NCBI GenBank assembly: GCA_964447765.1
Contig: CAYUTO010000002.1
Location: 38,955-102,954 of the forward strand
Reading direction: 5' to 3'
Length of the DNA: 64,000 nt
DNA from: an uncultured Gammaproteobacteria bacterium
GTDB taxonomy: Bacteria; Patescibacteriota; Patescibacteriia; Magasanikbacterales; UBA922
In this document: positions 46,629-53,787 of the stretch, piece after piece
Position numbering within the stretch: the stretch's first letter is position 1
Layout: the number at the start of each line of letters is the position of its first letter
Position numbers and translations under genes: made by a program
The notes under the pieces: model-generated
Databases searched by the model: none
Told to the model about the DNA's origin: nothing
The model's input: only the letters and a program-made list of their open reading frames with translations

Positions 46629-47000
46629 TTAAGTAGTTAACTGAGAAGAAATATTGCAGGCATTTTTTATTTTCTCTATTACACTTTCTCTTTCAAATAA
46701 TACTTTATCATTTTTAAATCGTATTATTTTGAATCCTTTATTTTTTAGAAAATTTTCTCGTCGGCGATCATATTCTTTCTGTTCGTCATGAACCGGTCCA
46801 TCGAGTTCGATTACCAATCTAAATTCATGACAATAAAAATCAACAATAAATGATCCAATACTGTATTGTCTTCTAAATCTTATTCCTATTTTTCCACCAT
46901 ACAATTCTCGCCAGAGTATTTGCTCAGCCTTGGTCGGATTTTTTCGAAGTAATTTTCTCTTATTAATTAAAGAACGTTTGTTTGAATAAACATACGGCAT
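46629..47000 (-). CDS. DUF559 endonuclease-domain protein (Vsr/MutH-like restriction endonuclease fold)
   Basis: LWRELYGGKIGIRFRRQYSIGSFIVDFYCHEFRLVIELDGPVHDEQ...ENFLKNKGFKIIRFKNDKVL matches DUF559. AAGGAGGG SD. Confidence 0.7.
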   Translation of the reverse strand: MPYVYSNKRSLINKRKLLRKNPTKAEQILWRELYGGKIGIRFRRQYSIGSFIVDFYCHEFRLVIELDGPVHDEQKEYDRRRENFLKNKGFKIIRFKNDKVLFERESVIEKIKNACNISSQLTT

Positions 47001-47048
47001 AATCCCTCCTTGTTAAGTTTTAGTATAGAGTAAAGTCGAAGCTTCGGT

Positions 47049-47080
47049 AGACCTCACCTGTCCTCTCCTAAGAGGAGAGG
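47049..47080 (+). repeat. Right terminal inverted repeat of the DUF559 cassette
   Basis: gacctcacctg + tcctctcctaagaggagagga. Confidence 0.6.
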
Positions 47081-47091
47081 AACGTTTTAAG

Positions 47092-48432
47092 TTAAGTCTT
47101 CTTTATCAACTCTTCAATATTTTTAACTTCAATCATATTCACTCCAGGTTGTTCGGTAATTTTTTTTCCGGCAGGAACAATGATACGTTTCATGCCAAGA
47201 TCAACTGATTCTTTGATTCGTTTTTCATTATGTCGCACTGAGCGTACTTCTCCGCCGAGTCCTACTTCACCAAACACTACCGTGTCACGACCGAGAGATT
47301 TATCTTTGTACGAGCTTGCAATTGCGAGGCATACTGCCAGATCAGCTGCTGGTTCTTGAATCTTTATTCCACCCACAATATTCAGGTGAATATCGTATTG
47401 TGCAAGAGTGAGTCCTGCGCGTTTTTCAAGCACCGCAGTGAGCAGATGTAAACGGTTCAGATCAAATCCACTTGCTTTCCGAACGGGGTATCCAAACGTA
47501 GTCTTATGAACTAATGCTTGTACTTCTACGAGAAGTGGGCGAGTACCTTCCATCACACAAGTCACCACATTCCCGGGCATATCCTCTCCGCGTTCGCGAA
47601 GTAGTGATGCCGAAGGATTTGCAACCGAGATAAGACCTACTCCTTCCATTTCAAAAATTCCTACTTCATCAGTCGCACCAAATCTATTTTTTACTGCACG
47701 TAAAATTCGATACGTATGATACTGGTCTCCCTCGAGGTAGAGCACGGTATCGACGAGATGTTCAAGAGTTTTTGGTCCCGCGACACTACCTTCTTTTGTC
47801 ACGTGCCCGATAATCACAATCGGTGTTCCAGATTGCTTTGCTACATCGAGAAGTAGCGTTGCGCATGCGCGTACCTGAGACACTGATCCAGCTTCGCCCT
47901 GTACCTGTTCACTTGAGATTGTCTGGATCGAATCAATAATCGCAAGTTTGGGTTTGTGTGCAGAAATAGTTGCTATAATCGTTTCAACCGAGGTTTCATT
48001 CGAAAGGGAAAGAGTGGGGGAGGTAATATTCAGTCTATCAGCGCGCATCTTTACCTGGCTTACTGATTCTTCTGCAGAAATGTAGAGAGAAGAGGGAATT
48101 GCAGCTGCCAGCTGTAATGCGAGAGTTGATTTACCAATACCAGGTTCTCCACCAAGTAACATAAAACTACCAGGGACAATTCCGCCACCAAGTACACGAT
48201 CAAGTTCTGAAATCGTAGTTTGTGTTCTTTCGGTCGAATGGGAATCAACGCTTGCGAGTGTGTGAATTGAAGCGGGTTGGGAAGTAGACGTGGTGGTATT
48301 GTTTTCTGGAATTTTCTCAGCTGTTTCTATGACCGTACCCCACGAGCCGCATTCGAGGCATCTCCCAATCCATTTTTGGTATTGAGCATCACACTTGGAG
48401 CAGGCGAAAATTGTTTTTGTTTTTGAGGACAT
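47092..48432 (-). CDS. radA: DNA repair protein RadA (Sms)
   Basis: N-terminal C4 zinc finger (CSKCDAQYQKWIGRCLECGSW). RecA-like Walker A (GEPGIGKST). Lon-like C-terminus. Confidence 0.9.
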   Translation of the reverse strand: MSSKTKTIFACSKCDAQYQKWIGRCLECGSWGTVIETAEKIPENNTTTSTSQPASIHTLASVDSHSTERTQTTISELDRVLGGGIVPGSFMLLGGEPGIGKSTLALQLAAAIPSSLYISAEESVSQVKMRADRLNITSPTLSLSNETSVETIIATISAHKPKLAIIDSIQTISSEQVQGEAGSVSQVRACATLLLDVAKQSGTPIVIIGHVTKEGSVAGPKTLEHLVDTVLYLEGDQYHTYRILRAVKNRFGATDEVGIFEMEGVGLISVANPSASLLRERGEDMPGNVVTCVMEGTRPLLVEVQALVHKTTFGYPVRKASGFDLNRLHLLTAVLEKRAGLTLAQYDIHLNIVGGIKIQEPAADLAVCLAIASSYKDKSLGRDTVVFGEVGLGGEVRSVRHNEKRIKESVDLGMKRIIVPAGKKITEQPGVNMIEVKNIEELIKKT

Positions 48433-48599
48433 AAATCTAATAGGTTTACCACTGAAGTAGTATACATATAGGTAGAAGAGAATTACAAGTTATACTAAGA
48501 AAATATAGGTTGAGCCGTCTAATCTATTTTCGGCATTACTTATTGAGTTTTGAATAAGTAAATGTTTATTTTTCTATATTGTTTAAACACTAGATATAA

Positions 48600-50708
48600 T
48601 CATTGCTTACAGGTACAAAGAGGGGTAGGAACTCCTCTATTAGAATCTCCCACAGCTGTTGTGGTGCAAGTATTGGTTCTGCATCCTGATGAAGTATTGT
48701 AATCAAAATGCCACACCTCTCCAGTAAATCGTTTCCATCCAACGACTGAGTAGAACAGTTCGGCAAGTATTTTGTTACCTATTTTCCATTTACCATCTCC
48801 AGTGCTGGTGCACACTTTACTACTACCTGATCCTGTACATGTTTTTGAATTTTCTTGAAGTATGACAGCAGTATCAAAATCAGGGTTTGTAATTGGTTCA
48901 TTATTTTTGTCAAAAAGAATGGTGTCAACTGCGCCCCCGCCCGCATAGTTATGGGCATTAGCGCCAGGAAAAGATAGTTTGGTTCCTAGATCTCCTGTAT
49001 TATTAGGGAATTTAGTGCAGACACGTGTTATAGCGTCTTCCAAAGATCTCCATGAACTATTAATTTGTATGGTAAAAGGTCCAGCTGGATGAGCTTGTGC
49101 TTTTAATCCGACAGCCTTTAAAGGTTCTACAAGCATTATAGGGATGCGTTTGCTCGTTCGAATTCCAGGAGCCCTAAGACCAACTTGTGTTTCGGATATT
49201 GGCATAGATCCTATCACACTTTGTTCTGGCCATGTCTCAGGTGGGTGTTGAGCACACCATTGGCGACAGCCCTCTATGCTGTCACACACATAACCTCTGG
49301 GACCAGTATATGGTCTTGGTAACGTGCTACCACCTGGGGTAGTTGGGGGAGGAGTGGTACCTGGGGTAGTTTGAGCTGATTGATCAGATTGATACGATAC
49401 ATGTGTACCATTATCTGAGTTAACTGTTTCACTAGCTTCAATCTCAGGTTCCTCAAGAAGTTTTTGGGGTATTACTAATATCTTCAAATTCTTCAAATTC
49501 ACCAAATCAGGATTCACGGTATAGAGAATCGTGTATGATCCTGCAGTAATTACAATTGCAATTACTGAGGACACAATTCGATGTTTCGCGCTACTGATAG
49601 TCTCGCTATTTCCAGCTGAAGTAATAATCTGCACTCCAGAGATAATGAGTACCATGACTGCAATAAGTGAGATCAGTCCTACACTATATTTATAAATCGC
49701 AGAAATAAATTCTCCGAGAAATGGAATATTGAGCCAGCTTGCACCAAATTCATCAGTAGTGATGTGAGTCTCTTTGGTAATATTGGTAAAAAATACTCCA
49801 GGTATCCCAATTTTTGTTTCAGGTGTGACGAGCTCTGGGGCCTCCATCGAAATATCAAAGCCGAGGAAAGTGGTCTGAACTAGATTATCTGGAGAGCTAG
49901 GAGAAGTGGGTCCTGCCCATGTACGCATCGTCTGAAGGGAAGTCGGCATCCAGTTGTTTTTTGCAGTATTCTGACACACATGAAGATTGGCTAAATCACC
50001 TGTTCCGTCTGCCTTAACCCAGGTGCCATCTCCATATTGCTCGGTGCAAACTTCCTGTATGGTGTTCGCAGGAGCTACATTGACAATAGTACCTAAATTA
50101 CAGATTTTAAGTTCTTTATCCTGAGCAAACCATGGATCATTTTCAACAGTGCTTGCGATAGTAGTGGAGTCACACACATGGTATCCTCCTCGTTGAGATA
50201 AACATGCATCATGGTCATCGCATGCATAGCCCATAAGAATTTTTTTTTCAACAGGATACTTAACATCATTTGTCGAATTTTTTGGAAGACTACTAAGATA
50301 GTCCGCTTTTTTACAAAAATTCCATTCAGCTCGGGACGAATCAGGATCTTGATCTGAGTCCATACACTTCCAGCCAGAAGCAGTGCCCCCATATCCGCCG
50401 TATAAGGTGTTTTCGCAATGGTCACTTTTTTGCTTATCCTGGTCATCGCATACACAAAAACTATTCTGGCATAGGCCTGTAGTACACTGATCATCATCAC
50501 TACAAGCTTGTCCAATTTTTTTCCCAATACAGATTGAGGATTGGCACAATCCACTATCACAATCACTGTTGACGCTACATGCACCACCTGCGTCTGTTGC
50601 TGTATGTACAGAGATTGCCTGTGTGATTCCAAGTATAATAAAAAACAAACTTGCTAGGATACGTAATGTAATTGCGTGTATTTTCATAACCCAAGTATAC
50701 GCTCCCAA
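48600..50708 (-). CDS. Secreted/membrane Cys-rich protein: signal peptide, EGF/Dickkopf-like CxxC modules, two central TM helices, Pro/Thr linker, C-terminal peptidase M15 (VanY / L-Ala-D-Glu endopeptidase-like) domain
   Basis: CSVNSDCDSGLCQSSICIGKK...CSDDDQCTTGLCQNSFCVCDD. TMs ISAIYKYSVGLISLIAVMVLIISGV and IVSSVIAIVITAGSYTILY. C-terminal SFPGANAHNYAGGGAVD and EVWHFDY resemble the M15 SxHxxGxAxD and EWWHF motifs. Confidence 0.55.
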   Translation of the reverse strand: MGAYTWVMKIHAITLRILASLFFIILGITQAISVHTATDAGGACSVNSDCDSGLCQSSICIGKKIGQACSDDDQCTTGLCQNSFCVCDDQDKQKSDHCENTLYGGYGGTASGWKCMDSDQDPDSSRAEWNFCKKADYLSSLPKNSTNDVKYPVEKKILMGYACDDHDACLSQRGGYHVCDSTTIASTVENDPWFAQDKELKICNLGTIVNVAPANTIQEVCTEQYGDGTWVKADGTGDLANLHVCQNTAKNNWMPTSLQTMRTWAGPTSPSSPDNLVQTTFLGFDISMEAPELVTPETKIGIPGVFFTNITKETHITTDEFGASWLNIPFLGEFISAIYKYSVGLISLIAVMVLIISGVQIITSAGNSETISSAKHRIVSSVIAIVITAGSYTILYTVNPDLVNLKNLKILVIPQKLLEEPEIEASETVNSDNGTHVSYQSDQSAQTTPGTTPPPTTPGGSTLPRPYTGPRGYVCDSIEGCRQWCAQHPPETWPEQSVIGSMPISETQVGLRAPGIRTSKRIPIMLVEPLKAVGLKAQAHPAGPFTIQINSSWRSLEDAITRVCTKFPNNTGDLGTKLSFPGANAHNYAGGGAVDTILFDKNNEPITNPDFDTAVILQENSKTCTGSGSSKVCTSTGDGKWKIGNKILAELFYSVVGWKRFTGEVWHFDYNTSSGCRTNTCTTTAVGDSNRGVPTPLCTCKQ

Positions 50709-51349
50709 TCACTCAATAACTTTGGAGTCTCTATTTGTACATTATTTATAAATAATGTGGGAACAGACTGAAGATTGAGTGTGTTCGCAATATTTTTATT
50801 AAGTTCAATAATCCGATCTGGACGATCTGATTCAAGACATGTATTTAATTTTTCGATATCAAGTTTGATTTCTTGGCTAATTTTGGTAAGCGTGCCTTCT
50901 GAGAGATTGTCGCTGTTGGAGAATGCATAGGCTGCAAACTGATCGAATTGTTTTTGTTCATGAGCGCATACCCCATATCGAAGTGCGGTCAGTGAAGGGT
51001 GGGGAAAATTATTCACCGGGAGACCTTTCCAAACCATCTTTACTTTATCCGGGTGTTTTTGTTGTACCTGGAGAAAGAGATCGTGTTGTGTTCTGCATGC
51101 ACTACAGGAAAAGTCTTCAAATGCGATTACGGTTATGGGTGATTTTTTGCTTCCAATGATGGGGTCTGTCGGGAGGGTAGGAATTTTGAATTCAGAAGCT
51201 ACATTTTCTTCTACTGCTGCAATTTTTGGATTGAGTGGTTGGTAGCGAACAATTTGGATAAAAAGCGCAAGAGCCCCTAGGAGAATAGCTGGTAAAAAGA
51301 CGGCGTAGATTTTTTTGTGTGTGAGTTCGTGGGACATAGTTTTTTGCAA
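50684..51349 (-). CDS. DsbA-like thiol:disulfide oxidoreductase, membrane-anchored
   Basis: Thioredoxin-fold CxxC (FEDFSCSACRTQHDLF). N-terminal TM. Confidence 0.7.
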   Translation of the reverse strand: MQKTMSHELTHKKIYAVFLPAILLGALALFIQIVRYQPLNPKIAAVEENVASEFKIPTLPTDPIIGSKKSPITVIAFEDFSCSACRTQHDLFLQVQQKHPDKVKMVWKGLPVNNFPHPSLTALRYGVCAHEQKQFDQFAAYAFSNSDNLSEGTLTKISQEIKLDIEKLNTCLESDRPDRIIELNKNIANTLNLQSVPTLFINNVQIETPKLLSDWERILGL

Positions 51350-51354
51350 CTCCC

Positions 51355-52605
51355 TTATTTAAGTGGAATGCTAAACAATCCACTTTGATTTTTGTCAGTG
51401 AAGTAGAGTGTACTTCCATCTCCACTGACAAACATAGAGTCTACTACATGCGAGTCGTCAGTCTGGAGTGCTGTTCTAATTCCTGTGACGGTATCAATTC
51501 GATAAAAAGTATCTGCCGTAAAATTGGCAACTTCGGGGGCAAATCCTGCGCCACTTTCAAGGGTCGTTGGTACCCCGCAGTAGACGGTGCGTTCATCTGC
51601 CATCGTACATTTGGATGCCCAAGTGTTTACGCCCAATGGTTTTCGGTTTGCGCCAGCATTTTCTGGGCTTGCGTCCACAATCCATAATTCAGGCTTATAA
51701 TCAGTTCGTGAGCTGTGCACACTGTGTAGTAGTTTATTGCCTTCAGGAGACCATTGAGTTTGCAGTCCGCGTCCTTCGACTTCGATTGATCTAAAATTTT
51801 CATTGTTTTGTCCGACGAGGAGTAATTCTTGTCGCTGTCCACCAATTTCGTCTCCAGTCAAAGAAAGTGCTACTACTTGTCGGTTGGGTGACCAATCAAC
51901 GATTACTTTTGATGCATTATTACCAAGTGCCTCGACAAGGGATACATTATTTCCTGTAGGGTCACTCGTGATAAGCCAACGATTGTCGGGGGATAACCCC
52001 ATGCTTTTTGCAGTGATTTGTGAGCCTTCTTCGGAGAAAGAAAATGATTCCCAGTGTTTGGGGAGTGTTACCTGAGTATTCGAATCAAAATCATAATAAA
52101 TATTTGATCCATCAGGGTATTCAATAATTGTTTCATTGGTCTCGGGTGACCATGTAGCCTGAGTGACATTATAAAACACCGTATCACTCAGTACTCGTAC
52201 ACCCCCATTTCGATCAAGGGTATAAAATTTTCCGTCATTCTCATTGTAAAATCGTGCATTTCCGCTCGGTCCCGGACTAGGACTCCCTATGCTCACGTCT
52301 ACTACACGGGTAATTAATGGTTGGGAATTTGGTCGGTTGATCGTATTCGGCTGGATAATCCCTCCGGTTGTTTGTCCGCCACCCGTCTGACCGCTGCCAG
52401 TCGGTAAGGTACCTCCTCCTGAGGTGATAGGGGGAATATCCCGTTCTCCCGTCTCGGGGAATAGACTGCCGTCAGTTTGTGTTCCGGTCCCAGGAGGAAC
52501 AGTGCTTACAGGAGCTTGTCGAAAAAATACCCAATAAATGGCAAATCCCAAGAGTACACAAATGCCGAGAAAACCGACGGTAAGTAATATTTGCTTTTTT
52601 TCCAT
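51355..52605 (-). CDS. TolB-like beta-propeller (PD40/WD40-like) protein, N-terminally membrane-anchored
   Basis: TM, then G/T/P-rich linker, then repeated WSPETN / WSPNRQ / WSPEGN blades. Confidence 0.6.
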   Translation of the reverse strand: MEKKQILLTVGFLGICVLLGFAIYWVFFRQAPVSTVPPGTGTQTDGSLFPETGERDIPPITSGGGTLPTGSGQTGGGQTTGGIIQPNTINRPNSQPLITRVVDVSIGSPSPGPSGNARFYNENDGKFYTLDRNGGVRVLSDTVFYNVTQATWSPETNETIIEYPDGSNIYYDFDSNTQVTLPKHWESFSFSEEGSQITAKSMGLSPDNRWLITSDPTGNNVSLVEALGNNASKVIVDWSPNRQVVALSLTGDEIGGQRQELLLVGQNNENFRSIEVEGRGLQTQWSPEGNKLLHSVHSSRTDYKPELWIVDASPENAGANRKPLGVNTWASKCTMADERTVYCGVPTTLESGAGFAPEVANFTADTFYRIDTVTGIRTALQTDDSHVVDSMFVSGDGSTLYFTDKNQSGLFSIPLK

Positions 52606-52649
52606 ACCACGTAGGGAATCAGAGAGAAAATAATTTCTAATTATTTATC

Positions 52650-53786
52650 TTAAGTTGCTTGCGGGACATCAAACTTCGGGGTAGGTGCACGAGGTCCACT
52701 TCTTTTTTGTCGCTGGATAGATTGTATCACATTTACAGCTTTTTCTCGATCTTTTTTGGCTTTATCGATTTTTTCATCGATTGTTTTGATTTGCTTTTCG
52801 AGTAGATCTATCAATTCGCTTATTCCGTATTGTATGAATTTCAATAACCAATCTAAACCTTTGAGTATTAACCCGATAATAGCGAGGATGATAGTGAAAT
52901 ATAATATTGCTATCACAATGGCAAGGAGTCCTCGGGCAATCAAAATAAATAGTTTTGAAACTTGTAGAGTGCGCAGTGCGACTTGTAGAGGTAATTTTTT
53001 TAACCGTAAATTTTTGATTTTTTGATCCAGTTTTTGCTTGATACGCATGACACGATTCATCTTTTGTGACGCCTGTTGATCCTGCTTCATGGACATTTCC
53101 TGTCCTTGAGTCTGTTGCAAAACTCTCATTCCCAAATTTCGTTTTTGTTGCACTTCCTGTTTTTTCTTCCCACGCTCTTGTTCAAGTTGTTGCTCTCGGA
53201 CTTGTTCTTCTTGGAGTGCTTGATCTAGGAATGCACTCTGATCTTCTTCGCTTTGATCTTCATTTTCTTCGTCGCCCTCTTTGGTACCTTCTTTGGAAGA
53301 AGGATTTGATTCGGCATCAGCGAGGGGAAATGGATTTTCTTCTGTACCCTCCCCTTGGTCAGGGGTATCGGGGACGGTATCAGGAGTAGAGGGGTCGGTC
53401 TGTTGAGTTTGGTTTTGAGTAGATGAGTTTCGTTGTGTTCGGCGTGCGGAAGGTGATAATTGTGTCTGTGCAGAAGATGGTACATCAAATTTGAGTTTTA
53501 ACTTTACACCAGCTGAACCATCCGATGTTGTTTCAAGACTAGAACTATCATTACCCCCTGATTCGAGGCTTGCTTGGATATGATCAATTTCAAGACCAGT
53601 AGCCTCATCTTCGTTATTAATTGCTAGTTTTGCATCATTTCGTGCGCTATTCTGACTGCGATATATCTGAGATGCTTGGTTCTGCTCCGTAGGTGTGGCG
53701 GACGCAGGTTTACCGGAACCGATGGCAGCAGCAAGAGCGGCTCCGCGAGCAAAACGTCCGACGAAGTTGCCTTTTTTTGATGCCAT
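52650..53786 (-). CDS. Q/E/S-rich intrinsically disordered protein with coiled-coil segments and a C-proximal TM helix
   Basis: QEEQVREQQLEQERGKKKQEVQQKRN... TM LFILIARGLLAIVIAILYFTIILAIIGLIL. Start overlaps the stop of the upstream Clp gene. Confidence 0.5.
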   Translation of the reverse strand: MASKKGNFVGRFARGAALAAAIGSGKPASATPTEQNQASQIYRSQNSARNDAKLAINNEDEATGLEIDHIQASLESGGNDSSSLETTSDGSAGVKLKLKFDVPSSAQTQLSPSARRTQRNSSTQNQTQQTDPSTPDTVPDTPDQGEGTEENPFPLADAESNPSSKEGTKEGDEENEDQSEEDQSAFLDQALQEEQVREQQLEQERGKKKQEVQQKRNLGMRVLQQTQGQEMSMKQDQQASQKMNRVMRIKQKLDQKIKNLRLKKLPLQVALRTLQVSKLFILIARGLLAIVIAILYFTIILAIIGLILKGLDWLLKFIQYGISELIDLLEKQIKTIDEKIDKAKKDREKAVNVIQSIQRQKRSGPRAPTPKFDVPQAT

Positions 53787-53787
53787 A

